Source: a virus
Taxonomy: Duplodnaviria > Caudoviricetes
Length of the DNA: 60,573 bases
Direction: 5' to 3' (one strand)
Virus record (IMG/VR): IMGVR_UViG_3300042889_001694
Span: 1 to 60,573 of that record
This document shows positions 19,587 to 29,658 of the stretch, one piece after another (the stretch's first letter is position 1; the number at the start of each line of letters is the position of its first letter). The notes beneath the pieces were generated by a model. That model worked only from the letters and a program-made list of their open reading frames with translations, was not told the origin of the DNA and did not search any database. A program made the position numbers and the translations under genes.

Positions 19587-19954
19587 TGAAAACTACTACC
19601 TTACAGTTATTACCCACTACCACTCATGGTACACCTTCGGGTAACTACGATGGTAGTAGCTTGGATTTTGCCGGCACCAGACAACAAGCAGCCAACTACT
19701 ACGGTGGCTTTGGCGGTTTGCAAACTGTGGCGTTTTTCTTGAATGCTTTTCAAGGTCGTATCAGAATTCAAGCTACGTTAGAAAGCTCCCCTGCTACTGA
19801 CGAAGACTGGTTTCAAATATCTGATTTTAACAGTACTAGTCAAGCAACCACAGATAATTTCAGCAGAAACATCACTGGTAATTTCACCTGGATTCGAGCC
19901 TTTGTACAAGACTTTGAAGCCGGCACAATTACAAAATTAACACTGAGTTACTGA
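19586..19954 (+). CDS. Hypothetical beta-rich protein, possibly virion-associated
   Basis: Thr/Gly/Asn-rich, 'GNFTWIRA'; late-type operon. Confidence 0.65.
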   Translation: MKTTTLQLLPTTTHGTPSGNYDGSSLDFAGTRQQAANYYGGFGGLQTVAFFLNAFQGRIRIQATLESSPATDEDWFQISDFNSTSQATTDNFSRNITGNFTWIRAFVQDFEAGTITKLTLSY

Positions 19955-20397
19955 TGACCAAACACAAGGATATGTGCTCCTTGGCGTTTTGTGCTCAAAG
20001 CACCGGGCAAGGTCTGCGCCTGCAAGTTAGATTTGATGGTCTGGTCATACATGATTCTCTACTTGTTTCGGGTCCAGTTGAAATACAGCACGAATTTGAA
20101 GAATTTGACGGTCAAGCACATGTGCTTGAACTTGAAATGTCGGGCAAGTCAGTTGATCACACTGTGATTGATGCTGATGGCAATATTGTTGCCGACCAAG
20201 TGATTGAAATAACCAATATGTCATTGTTGGGCAACAAACTAGGACACTTGTTTGTAGAACACTCAACTTACACTCATGACTTCAACGGGTCAGGTGATAC
20301 AACACAGCAAGAATTTTATACCACTATGGGTTGCAACGGTGTGGTAAAGTTTAAATTTACTAGCCCGGTCTATCTATGGTTACTAGAAAACATGTAA
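19954..20397 (+). CDS. Hypothetical protein
   Basis: TGATG overlap; 147 aa. Confidence 0.7.
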   Translation: MTKHKDMCSLAFCAQSTGQGLRLQVRFDGLVIHDSLLVSGPVEIQHEFEEFDGQAHVLELEMSGKSVDHTVIDADGNIVADQVIEITNMSLLGNKLGHLFVEHSTYTHDFNGSGDTTQQEFYTTMGCNGVVKFKFTSPVYLWLLENM

Positions 20398-20412
20398 CCG
20401 ATAAATACTAGT

Positions 20413-21408
20413 ATGAAAAAACTAGTGATCATGCCGGGCGGCTTCCACCCTTTCCATGCTGGGCACAAGGCCCTGTATGATTCTGCTCGAGCAGCATTTC
20501 CCAGTGCCGATATCTACGTGGCAGCCACAGCTGATACCAGCTCGCGTCCTTTCTCCTTTGCAATCAAAGAAAAACTTGCACGCCTAGCAGGTATCCCGGC
20601 TCACAGATTTATTCAAGTCAAGAGCCCATTCCGCGCTGAAGAAATCACTCAGCATTATGATCCAACCCAAACACAATTGATTTTTGTACGTAGCGAAAAA
20701 GATCGCAATGAACAACCCAAACCTGGTGGCGTTAAAAAAGATGGATCCTTGGCTTATCTGCAGCCTTACAAACGTAATGGCCTAGAAACAATGAACCAGC
20801 ATGGTTACATGGCCTACTTGCCAGTTGTGCAGTTTGGTAATGGCATGACCAGTGCTACAGAAATTCGTGCCAAGTGGCCACAAATGAATCCTGAACAAAA
20901 AGTTGCCTTGGTAAATTCGCTGTATCCTGCCACAGTTGGCAATGATAAGTTGGCTGACGTAACAATCAAATTGCTTGATGCAGGCATGGGATCACAAGTG
21001 GGCGAAGCTCTTGAGGGTGCACCACTAGGTGGAGCACTCAGCACGGCAAACGTTCCCATGCCAAATGGTCCAGATTCAATGCCGCCCGACAGCGGAGTTG
21101 ATGAAGGTGCTGTGCTGGTAAACAACCCCGATGCTGGCATTGAAATCAGACCCCAGGGCGGGCTTGGCACCTGGACCGAGGAAAGTCTCAAGAGTAGCTT
21201 GGCAAAGCAATTTATGGAAATTGTAGAATTGCTCAAGGCTGGTAATTACCAAGGTATTGAGCATGTGCTGTATAAAAATGGTGCAATGCAGTCAAAAGTG
21301 CAGGCTCTAGCACGACTTGAGGACTTCACACAAAAGCAGGGGCGCCGACCCATTGCCAAGGGCCGAGAGATTGACATAGGCGAAACGTCGGACTATGTCG
21401 ACGAATAA
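20413..21408 (+). CDS. Cytidylyltransferase-like (HxGH) nucleotidyltransferase with C-terminal extension
   Basis: 'PGGFHPFHAGH' and 'SATEIR'; TAAATA 5 nt upstream. Confidence 0.75.
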   Translation: MKKLVIMPGGFHPFHAGHKALYDSARAAFPSADIYVAATADTSSRPFSFAIKEKLARLAGIPAHRFIQVKSPFRAEEITQHYDPTQTQLIFVRSEKDRNEQPKPGGVKKDGSLAYLQPYKRNGLETMNQHGYMAYLPVVQFGNGMTSATEIRAKWPQMNPEQKVALVNSLYPATVGNDKLADVTIKLLDAGMGSQVGEALEGAPLGGALSTANVPMPNGPDSMPPDSGVDEGAVLVNNPDAGIEIRPQGGLGTWTEESLKSSLAKQFMEIVELLKAGNYQGIEHVLYKNGAMQSKVQALARLEDFTQKQGRRPIAKGREIDIGETSDYVDE

Positions 21409-21532
21409 GGCAATACAAAATAACAAACCAGTGCCCGTGCCCACACAGCACAGCAGCCCAATTGTTAACATGCAGCCTCGACCGAGAAAACCCAGTATGC
21501 CTCTGGGCATAAGTCTCAAAATCCCGACATAA
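21395..21532 (+). CDS. Possible 45-aa Pro-rich peptide
   Basis: MSTNKAIQNNKPVPVPTQ...LKIPT fills an otherwise empty gap; no clear SD. Confidence 0.3.
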   Translation: MSTNKAIQNNKPVPVPTQHSSPIVNMQPRPRKPSMPLGISLKIPT

Positions 21533-21590
21533 AAAAATATCCGTCACATTGCACCTCGTTAAATATACACACATATTTTAAGAGGAACAT

Positions 21591-22484
21591 ATGGCCGAAC
21601 AACAAATTCAAGTCAACATCGATTACCTGCGCACCACTCGGGTACATATTTGCATGCCCTGTTATGGTGGGCAGTTAACAGAGTCAACATTTATGAGCTA
21701 CATCAAGTGGTCAAACACATGCCGCCAATTGGGGCTGGACTGGACCATTGAAACAATGACTAATGAAAGTTTGATCAGTCGTGCACGTAACACACTAACT
21801 GCCAAGTTCCTTAACAATCCTGATTCAACACACTTGATGTTTGTTGATGCTGACATTGGCTGGGAGCCATGGCATCTGCTGGTCATGTTGAATCGTGACG
21901 TTGATGTCATTGGTGGTCTTTATCCCATGAAGACTCTGCCAGTTAAATGGGTTGTCAACGGGTTTGACGGTGCTGAAGAAGGTCCTGATGGTCTTCAAGA
22001 AGTTTCCAAAACAGGCACTGGATTCTTGTTGATCAAGCGTCACGTTTTTGAGAAGCTAAATGCACACCCTGCAGTCAAACCATTCAACAATGACATTGGT
22101 TTGCCAAGAGAACTGGATCAGCATCTGCGCACATATTTTGATACTGCTGTGCGTGAAAATCGCTACTATAGCGAAGACTGGACCTTCTGCGAAAACTGGC
22201 GTGACCTAGGTGGTAAAATCTGGGTTGACAAACGTGTGTTACTCAAGCACACCGGCAGTTATGTATTTGACTTTGCTGCTCAAGAACCCTTGTACAAGGC
22301 ATTCCAAGCCATGGATGCAAGTCTAACACCGGCAGCAGTTGCCCCGGCAGCAACTGTGACACCAGCATTGGCACCATTGCCAGTAACGTCACTTCCACCA
22401 GCAGTGGCACCGGAAGAACCTAAAGTTTTGGCCACTAGCGCCAGCACCAAGGGCAAAAAGAAACCTGCTGCCAGTAAAAAATAA
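21591..22484 (+). CDS. GT-A fold glycosyltransferase-like protein with Pro/Ala/Lys tail
   Basis: 'CMPCYGG', 'SLISRARN', DxD 'FVDADI', 'GTGFLLI', 'SEDWTFC'; SD GAGGA. Confidence 0.75.
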   Translation: MAEQQIQVNIDYLRTTRVHICMPCYGGQLTESTFMSYIKWSNTCRQLGLDWTIETMTNESLISRARNTLTAKFLNNPDSTHLMFVDADIGWEPWHLLVMLNRDVDVIGGLYPMKTLPVKWVVNGFDGAEEGPDGLQEVSKTGTGFLLIKRHVFEKLNAHPAVKPFNNDIGLPRELDQHLRTYFDTAVRENRYYSEDWTFCENWRDLGGKIWVDKRVLLKHTGSYVFDFAAQEPLYKAFQAMDASLTPAAVAPAATVTPALAPLPVTSLPPAVAPEEPKVLATSASTKGKKKPAASKK

Positions 22485-22504
22485 TATAGCTAAATATAGT
22501 TCGT

Positions 22505-24121
22505 ATGAACATCAACGAACTAGAAACCTATCGATTAAGCGATGCAGTCAAGTTTAACAACACGTTAAACCCTAAACTGTGGCAAAACGAACAGCTACGG
22601 CCCGAAGTTAAACAAAAACTTTTGGCCATAGCTGACGATTTTCGCGAATTTCTTGGTATTGACGATCTTGAAATTCAAGATATCACTATCTCGGGAAGCA
22701 ATGCCGCTTACACATATACCCCATATAGTGACATAGATTTGCATCTAGTTGTTGACCTTGACAACGTTTGCAGTAGTGATGTAATGCGTGAGTTGTTTGA
22801 CGCTAAAAAGTATCAATACAATGATCAACACGATTACAAAATTGGCGGTTACGATGTTGAATTATATGTGCAAGATTCAGCCCAAGCACATCACAGTCAA
22901 GGCATCTACAGTTTATTAAACAACGACTGGGTTCGCGTTCCAAGTAGACGTTTGCCCAAGGTTGATGACATCAGTGTTAAGAACAAGTACGAAGATATTG
23001 CCGCACGTATTGATGATGCCATTGCTTCGGGTGATCTAGAACGCATGGACGCTATGCGTAACAAAATACGCACCATGCGTCAGGCAGGCCTAGATAAAAC
23101 TGGAGAGTTTGGGGCTGAGAATCTTGCGTTCAAGGTCTTGCGGGGCAACGGCAGCCTACAACGTTTGAGTGATGCTAGAGCCGCTGCCAAAGATAAGTTA
23201 ATGAGTTTGTCTGAGCGCAAGAAAAAGAGTCGTAAACGATCTGGTTACGGAAATTACTTTTTTCCCGGCTATTCATTTTATGGTAACGACTCCGCAGAAG
23301 GTGATGGCGGTGGCGGTGGTGAGAGTGTGAATGAAAACAAAGACATTAAAGAAGTTTTAAAACCGTTTATCAGTAGCTGTATCAAATACCTTGGTATTGA
23401 AAATCCCCCACGTATTTTTATCAAACGGGATCCTGAATGGACACGCAGGAATGGTACATTTGGCAAATTTGATCCAGCCGAGCATGCAATCACACTGGCA
23501 GTGGCAGGACGACACACACTAGATATCTTGCGCACACTGGCACATGAACTTACTCATGCCCGCCAATCTGAACAAGCAACCATGCCAGCTGATGCTGGAG
23601 AAACTGGGTCGCCTTATGAAGACGAGGCAAATGCCATGGCTGGACGTATCATGCGTCATTGGGTAGACCAGTATCCTGAGTTTTTTAAAGACATGCCCCT
23701 GGAAGAATCAATCAAGGATCGGTTGGCTGCTGTGGCCGCAGCCGCATGCATAGCCGGTACTCCAGGTTGTGCTACTACACAAGGCATGACAGCCGCTGAC
23801 GCTATCCGTGGTGTGCAAGCCGCAGGCACTGCGGCTCAAACCGTCAAGCGCATGGGTCGAGCCGGAGCCGAAGAAGAGATGATGCAACGACTCAAGAATG
23901 AATTGCGTCGACGACAGGGACAGGTGGTTCCCGAAGAAGTTCATGAACAATGCCCCGCGTGCGGTGGACCCATGTTCAATGAATTGCTGATCAACGAAAA
24001 ACAAGATGCCTGTTACTACAAAGTCAAGAGTCGTTACAAAGTATGGCCCAGTGCTTATGCCAGTGGTGCACTGGTACAGTGTCGCAAAAAAGGTGCTGCC
24101 AATTGGGGAAACAAAAAATGA
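22505..24121 (+). CDS. Modular protein: Pol-beta-type nucleotidyltransferase + HExxH metallopeptidase-like domain + small modules
   Basis: 'GSNA...SDIDLH...DVELYVQ'; 'AHELTH...EDEAN'; 'CPACGG'; C-terminal 'KVWPSAYASG'. Confidence 0.75.
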   Translation: MNINELETYRLSDAVKFNNTLNPKLWQNEQLRPEVKQKLLAIADDFREFLGIDDLEIQDITISGSNAAYTYTPYSDIDLHLVVDLDNVCSSDVMRELFDAKKYQYNDQHDYKIGGYDVELYVQDSAQAHHSQGIYSLLNNDWVRVPSRRLPKVDDISVKNKYEDIAARIDDAIASGDLERMDAMRNKIRTMRQAGLDKTGEFGAENLAFKVLRGNGSLQRLSDARAAAKDKLMSLSERKKKSRKRSGYGNYFFPGYSFYGNDSAEGDGGGGGESVNENKDIKEVLKPFISSCIKYLGIENPPRIFIKRDPEWTRRNGTFGKFDPAEHAITLAVAGRHTLDILRTLAHELTHARQSEQATMPADAGETGSPYEDEANAMAGRIMRHWVDQYPEFFKDMPLEESIKDRLAAVAAAACIAGTPGCATTQGMTAADAIRGVQAAGTAAQTVKRMGRAGAEEEMMQRLKNELRRRQGQVVPEEVHEQCPACGGPMFNELLINEKQDACYYKVKSRYKVWPSAYASGALVQCRKKGAANWGNKK

Positions 24122-24768
24122 GATATCGCGAAATACTAGAAGCCTGCTGGAAAGGCTACCACAAAGAAGGCATGAAAACCATGTTTGGCAAACGATATCC
24201 CAACTGCGTGAAAAATACCAACGAAGAGCTAGAAGAAGATCTGCGCAAGTGGTTTAAAGAGAAGTGGGTACGATTTGGCCCCGATGGCAAGATTCGCGGT
24301 GACTGTGCTAGAGGTGATGACAGTGAAGGCAAGCCCAAGTGTTTGCCACAAAGTAAAGCACAAAATCTAGGTAAAAAAGGTCGTGCAAGTGCGGCAGCAC
24401 GTAAGCGTAGACAAGATCCCAATCCAGAGCGCAGTGGCAAAGCCATTAATGTCAACACTAAAAAGAAAACCGACGAAGCGGTGTTAGACGAAAAATGGAG
24501 CCAAAAGTACAAGAGTTCAATAAACTGCGCCAGCCCCAAGGGCTTTAGCCAACGAGCACATTGCGCAGGCAAGAAAAAAAATGAAAGTGTAACCGAGGCC
24601 ACTGGCTACATTCCTGTTAATGATAAAGAAGCACGTGATCCAAGATACAGCATGGCCATAACACAAGACATCAAGCCCGGCGAAGTACAACGTCAGGCCG
24701 CCAAAATGGGATTTAAGACTGATGCAGCTGGTATTCCGCCCAAGTTAAACTCGTCTGGGAAGATATAA
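24118..24768 (+). CDS. Basic modular protein, probable internal head protein
   Basis: Starts MRYREILE (ATGA overlap); Lys/Arg-rich Cys-pair modules separated by xxE linkers. Confidence 0.7.
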   Translation: MRYREILEACWKGYHKEGMKTMFGKRYPNCVKNTNEELEEDLRKWFKEKWVRFGPDGKIRGDCARGDDSEGKPKCLPQSKAQNLGKKGRASAAARKRRQDPNPERSGKAINVNTKKKTDEAVLDEKWSQKYKSSINCASPKGFSQRAHCAGKKKNESVTEATGYIPVNDKEARDPRYSMAITQDIKPGEVQRQAAKMGFKTDAAGIPPKLNSSGKI

Positions 24769-24794
24769 TAAATAAACAAAACGGGTATTGATAT

Positions 24795-26813
24795 ATGCGA
24801 ATACATGAACTGACTAAATTAAATGAAACAACACTGGGAGGATTCCCGGTCAAGGTCTTGAACATTCAAGATCAAGGTGTTGAAGAAGCTGGAAATGCCA
24901 ACAGTGGTCGTCGTGGACCAAATTCTCCTCCTGACAATTCTCCAGTTGTACCTGGACGAGTAGAAAAAACTGCCACAGGTATACGGCATCATGCCGACCC
25001 AAGTCGGTACGGCGGCCACAGTCCCAAACCTGAAGATGATCGTTTGTTAGGTCCACAGCACAGATGGCGATTAGATCGTGCTGTGCGTGGTGTGGCAGAA
25101 GATCAAGTAAACGAATTGTTTGAGCCAACTCTAAATTACTATAAACTAAGCAACGGCAAAACAGTTCAAGCAAGTTATAGACCCACTCCCAATCAATCCC
25201 CGGTTCCGTTTACTGATGTCAAAGTATCCTATGTGAACCCTGCACTCAAACCGCAAGGCAGTAGTTTCGACAGCACCGGTGTTGCTGAACCCTGGACTAA
25301 TGCTCCAGATGGTGTGAAACAAGCAATTCAAAAATTTGTAATCCAACCACAGCAAAACGTGGCGGAAGGCTCAGACCAACAGTACGCCGTTACCATTGAC
25401 GCAATTGATCACGGTGTATTGGCACCTGTAACAGTTGTTGCTGGCAGTCAAGAAGAAGCAAAACAAAAAGCCATTGCTGGTGTTAAAGCATCAATGATCA
25501 AGCGTGGATATGAATTGATGGTGCGTAGTGTATCAGCCAAGCCCAGACAAGGTATGGCAGAAACGTCTATTTCTTCAGAAGTTAGCTTGCCTAAGTGGCA
25601 GATGGGATTGCCTGTGTTTGTCAAGCACCTTGGACAAAAAGGTGAGATCGCTTCGTTAGGTAACGATTTTGCAATTGTTGATGTTGGCATGCGGCAATAC
25701 CGAGTACCACTGAGTGGACTAAAGAGATATCCAAATAAAGGTGTGGCGGAAGCAATCAAGCTCAATGCACCACAACGCACAATACCACGTGACGAATTGC
25801 AGGGCTATGCTGACCGTATCAAGACTGGCACTAAAACAAAACGTGACAAGTTTGCCCCTATCATTCATGGCAGTAACATCAAGGCCATCACCAAAGACGA
25901 TGCCAATACCGAGTGGGACTTGGATGATTTAGCCAGTCAAATTACCACACGCCCACGTGCTATTCTTGGTACCAATGCTAAAATGGAAAAGTCAAAAACT
26001 GAAGGCGAAATCATTTATGACTTAACATTGCCTGCATTAAGTGGTATTGTTGTGGACGAAGACACTGGCGACTTTGTAGAGATTACCACTTGCCCAGGTG
26101 CAGGTGCTTGTCAGTTATTCTGCTATGCACGTAAAGGTGGATATGTGATGTTCCCCGCAAGCTCGATGTCAGCCGCACAAGCACTAAACTTCTTGGTGAA
26201 CGATCCCGAAGGATACACTGCTAGAGTCAACCAAGAAATCAAAACAATCAAGGCAAAAACTGACAAGGCCGGAGTACAACTGGTAGTTCGCTGGCATGAC
26301 GCTGGAGACTTCTTCAGCAAAGAATATTTGGATCTAGCTTATGGTGTGGCCAAATCCAATCCTGATGTGCAGTTTTATGCCTACACCAAAATGGGCGATG
26401 TTGCTACGGGTACTGCACCAGCAAACTTCACAATGAACTTCAGTTCTGGCAGCAAGCGCGGTGAAGAAAAGAAAGTTGAATTTTACAAACAACAAAATCC
26501 TGGTGCCACAGTCAAACAAGGTGTTACTGTGCCCAAGGACATGTTCTTTGACCTAATTGCACGCAAAGGCAACAGCTTGATCAAAGATGCCAAGGGGCGC
26601 ACACAGTTTGCCAGCTCTGAAGCTCTTGACACATTCAAACAACGTATTGCACAGCGATATCAAGTTAATCCCAAATCAATTATCACTTATGATCAGATGT
26701 TGGCAACGCCAGTGGGCACCAAACCCCAGTGGAATGTTATTGTGCAGCCGGGTGCTGGAGATCGTGCAGCCAACCGCAAAGATGTAGTTGATAGTTACTT
26801 AATGTTTCACTAA
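24795..26813 (+). CDS. Modular polyprotein with C-terminal Gp88-like Cys-cluster domain
   Basis: Five GVAE-like linkers; C-terminal 'CPGAGACQLFCYA', 'VRWHDAGDFF', 'FYAYTK'. Confidence 0.75.
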   Translation: MRIHELTKLNETTLGGFPVKVLNIQDQGVEEAGNANSGRRGPNSPPDNSPVVPGRVEKTATGIRHHADPSRYGGHSPKPEDDRLLGPQHRWRLDRAVRGVAEDQVNELFEPTLNYYKLSNGKTVQASYRPTPNQSPVPFTDVKVSYVNPALKPQGSSFDSTGVAEPWTNAPDGVKQAIQKFVIQPQQNVAEGSDQQYAVTIDAIDHGVLAPVTVVAGSQEEAKQKAIAGVKASMIKRGYELMVRSVSAKPRQGMAETSISSEVSLPKWQMGLPVFVKHLGQKGEIASLGNDFAIVDVGMRQYRVPLSGLKRYPNKGVAEAIKLNAPQRTIPRDELQGYADRIKTGTKTKRDKFAPIIHGSNIKAITKDDANTEWDLDDLASQITTRPRAILGTNAKMEKSKTEGEIIYDLTLPALSGIVVDEDTGDFVEITTCPGAGACQLFCYARKGGYVMFPASSMSAAQALNFLVNDPEGYTARVNQEIKTIKAKTDKAGVQLVVRWHDAGDFFSKEYLDLAYGVAKSNPDVQFYAYTKMGDVATGTAPANFTMNFSSGSKRGEEKKVEFYKQQNPGATVKQGVTVPKDMFFDLIARKGNSLIKDAKGRTQFASSEALDTFKQRIAQRYQVNPKSIITYDQMLATPVGTKPQWNVIVQPGAGDRAANRKDVVDSYLMFH

Positions 26814-26822
26814 GAGGTTTAT

Positions 26823-27650
26823 ATGAGAGTACAAGAATTTACCGACAACCTGCACACAGAAAATCATGTGAGCACAAAGAAAAAAACAGATGTGACAGAG
26901 AGCACAAAACAGACTCCCGAAAAAGAACTTGAGCGTTTGGGTCTACGTCAAAATGCACAGAAAAAAGCACCACTGCGAGACCAAGCCGCAACACAAGCTC
27001 GCATCCGTGAACTTGAAAAACAAATTGCCGACAAAAAGAAAAGTATGGCGGAAAACTACAACCCCGAGTACGATGACGAAGCAGGCATGGCTGAAAACAA
27101 TCTTGAAACGCTGGAACGTGCGGTTCGAGGCATCGATGACCTAATTCAATCAGGTGATAACTTGCCTGAATGGTGTCAAGAAAAGATTGCTGTGGCCAAA
27201 TCAATGTTGGTAAGTGTGTGGGACTATATGTATAGTGAAGAATCTTCTGACGAGGTAGATCCTGAAATTGACGCCATGTTTGAAGCCATGGACCAGTTGG
27301 CTGAAGAAGTGGCTCAGCGAGATGGTGTTGATGTTGATCAAGTGTGGGAAAGTTTTGAAGCCTTGCCAGACCATGTGCTGTACGAAACAGCGGCCTGGCG
27401 CAGAAAAGAAGGCAAGAGCAAAAAAGGCGGCCTGAATGCCAAGGGTGTGGCCAGTTATCGCAGAGAGAATCCTGGTAGCAAACTGCAAATGGCCGTGACC
27501 ACAAAGCCAAGTAAACTAAAGCCCGGTAGCAAAGCAGCCAAGCGCCGCAAATCATTCTGTGCTAGAATGGGCGGAGTAAAAGGCCCCATGAAGAAACCCA
27601 ACGGTGACCCTACTAGAAAAGCATTGGCATTGCGCAAATGGAATTGCTAG
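26823..27650 (+). CDS. Modular protein with acidic middle and basic C-terminal module
   Basis: Starts MRVQEF; 'LPEWCQEKI' module; 'GGLNAKG...RRKSFCARM...ALRKWNC' module. Confidence 0.75.
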   Translation: MRVQEFTDNLHTENHVSTKKKTDVTESTKQTPEKELERLGLRQNAQKKAPLRDQAATQARIRELEKQIADKKKSMAENYNPEYDDEAGMAENNLETLERAVRGIDDLIQSGDNLPEWCQEKIAVAKSMLVSVWDYMYSEESSDEVDPEIDAMFEAMDQLAEEVAQRDGVDVDQVWESFEALPDHVLYETAAWRRKEGKSKKGGLNAKGVASYRRENPGSKLQMAVTTKPSKLKPGSKAAKRRKSFCARMGGVKGPMKKPNGDPTRKALALRKWNC

Positions 27651-27651
27651 T

Positions 27652-28029
27652 ATGCGAGCACAAGAATTTGTAACAGAAGGTGCTGTTGAGGATTTGATAA
27701 AAGATTTAAAAAATCCTCATAGCTATGATGCAATAGATCATATGATGCAGACCATTGCAGACAAGTCAAATATCACTGCCAAGAGACTGCATGATCTTTT
27801 TGTAAAAAAATATAACATGACCCCAGACGAGTGGGTCAAAGACAGCATAGCAGAAAACTTTGCAGACGGCAAGGTAAAAGGCAAAAGCCGACCAGGTCGT
27901 GTAAAACGTGCTGGTGCCAGCTGCAATGGTTCAGTTACTGACCTAAGACAACGAGCAAAGAATGCATCGGGCGAACGTGCCAAAATGTATCACTGGTGCG
28001 CCAATATGAAATCAGGACGAAACAAATGA
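27652..28029 (+). CDS. Two-module small protein
   Basis: Starts MRAQEFVTE; 'SIAE|NFADGK...' basic module. Confidence 0.72.
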   Translation: MRAQEFVTEGAVEDLIKDLKNPHSYDAIDHMMQTIADKSNITAKRLHDLFVKKYNMTPDEWVKDSIAENFADGKVKGKSRPGRVKRAGASCNGSVTDLRQRAKNASGERAKMYHWCANMKSGRNK

Positions 28030-28499
28030 GAGCATGTGAATTCATAATAGAAGGCACACTGAATGTAGATGTGCCCAATGAAGAGTGGCTGAATAATGCC
28101 ATTGAGTATGCCAAGGAACATAGCCCTGATCGTCGCGGATTACCTTACATGGGCAAGACCACTGCTACTGTTAGGCAAGTAGAAGTTCCTGTAACCAAGC
28201 TGGCCAGAATACCCGGCATGCGTAATGAACAACAAAATGTACGTCAAGCAGACTTAGCAGCCATTATGAAAATAATGAAGGACACTGGCAAGCTACCACT
28301 ACATGGCCACACTGGCGAAGAATACAAGCCTTTTATCAATGTGGCCTATGATGGCAGCGCATGGGTCAACGAAGGCAATCATCGTATCATGGCTGCATAT
28401 AGATTGGGTTGGGATTCCTTGCCCGTGGAAATCAGCTATTTTGATGGTGGCGAAAGAGTCGAGTCTGGACCAATGTACCCTGCAAAAATTGGACTATAG
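28026..28499 (+). CDS. ParB/Sulfiredoxin-like domain protein
   Basis: Starts MRACEFIIE; 'PFINV...VNEGNHRIMAAYRLGW..LPV' ParB-N signature. Confidence 0.7.
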   Translation: MRACEFIIEGTLNVDVPNEEWLNNAIEYAKEHSPDRRGLPYMGKTTATVRQVEVPVTKLARIPGMRNEQQNVRQADLAAIMKIMKDTGKLPLHGHTGEEYKPFINVAYDGSAWVNEGNHRIMAAYRLGWDSLPVEISYFDGGERVESGPMYPAKIGL

Positions 28500-28524
28500 C
28501 ACGCCCATGTGATAATTACAAGTG

Positions 28525-29439
28525 ATGAAAGACACACTTGTAATAGCGTTTGCTGGAGGTACATACGGATCTTACCTGGAATGGGTATTGACCACACTGG
28601 CCACAGATGTTGAGATAATTCCGCCATTTGAAGTAACGGGCCCAATGCAAGGTAATAGTCACAACACTGAGCTGACATGGCATCTAGTGAACATGGACGG
28701 ATTTGTTCAATACATGTCTGCTGCAGATACTCGATTGACAGCAAGGATTCATCCCAAAACAAAATCTACAGAAAGCCTAATAGGTAATATTGAGCACATG
28801 CTTGATCACTGCACTCGGGCCATACTGTTATACCCTAGCAAGTCAACAGAATTGCTGTGCATAAACAATTATTTTCAAAAAATAGACAAAGATTGGTGGG
28901 CAGCCCAATTTCTTGAAGGGCATATTGATCCAGCAAAAGTTTATGATAATTGGCCCACAATGGCCGGTATTCCTATAGAACAGACACCGGCTTGGATACG
29001 TCGAGAGTTTCTAAGTCACTATTTGCTTCCGGCTTGGCACGATCAAATTGAATGGGGGCTTGACAACACCTGGCATCATGATCAATGCTTGATAGTGTAT
29101 GTTGATGAGTTGTTGTTTGACTTCCCCAACACCATTGATCGTATACAGAAATTTTGGAACAAGCCCTGGGTTAAGTCAGTTGATCAACTGATACCATATC
29201 ATGAGCAAATGATTGGCTTGCAGCTCAACATTGGCCAGGATCAACTCTGTAAAGATATTATCAATTCAGTATGTGACACAGCTTTTGACATCACCTGGGA
29301 GCCATTGCCAATGGCCAGTCAAGTATGGATACAAGCAACGTTGCGAGAATTGGGGTTTGATATTCACTGTGATGGTCTTGATGAATTCCCTAGCTCCAGT
29401 GATCAGTTGCGCGGACTGTTGTACAGCAATAAATCATAA
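28525..29439 (+). CDS. Sulfotransferase-like hypothetical protein
   Basis: N-terminal 'IAFAGGTYGSYLEWVL' loop; TAATTA upstream. Confidence 0.55.
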   Translation: MKDTLVIAFAGGTYGSYLEWVLTTLATDVEIIPPFEVTGPMQGNSHNTELTWHLVNMDGFVQYMSAADTRLTARIHPKTKSTESLIGNIEHMLDHCTRAILLYPSKSTELLCINNYFQKIDKDWWAAQFLEGHIDPAKVYDNWPTMAGIPIEQTPAWIRREFLSHYLLPAWHDQIEWGLDNTWHHDQCLIVYVDELLFDFPNTIDRIQKFWNKPWVKSVDQLIPYHEQMIGLQLNIGQDQLCKDIINSVCDTAFDITWEPLPMASQVWIQATLRELGFDIHCDGLDEFPSSSDQLRGLLYSNKS

Positions 29440-29447
29440 ATATTCAC

Positions 29448-29651
29448 ATGCGAGCACAAGATTTTATCAAGACTGTACAAGGACTAAAAACATACATTGT
29501 CAAGGTCAAATTGAAGCAGCCTGGCTATACCAACATTATTGATACCACGGTGCAGGCTCGTACTCATGAAATGGCACGCAAGATTATCCGTGCACAATAC
29601 AACAATTCTCAGGTCATTGTGGGACAGCCCAAAGAGATAAAATCTCGCTAA
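29448..29651 (+). CDS. Small hypothetical protein
   Basis: Starts MRAQDFI; TAAATA 5 nt upstream. Confidence 0.75.
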   Translation: MRAQDFIKTVQGLKTYIVKVKLKQPGYTNIIDTTVQARTHEMARKIIRAQYNNSQVIVGQPKEIKSR

Positions 29652-29658
29652 ATATCGG

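Noticed and set aside
26839-27555. Long antisense ORFs (this 238-aa one, 4038..4505, 24156..24602, 18031..18462 and similar)
   Set aside because: They lie opposite well-supported genes and have no motifs or start signals; treated as shadow ORFs.
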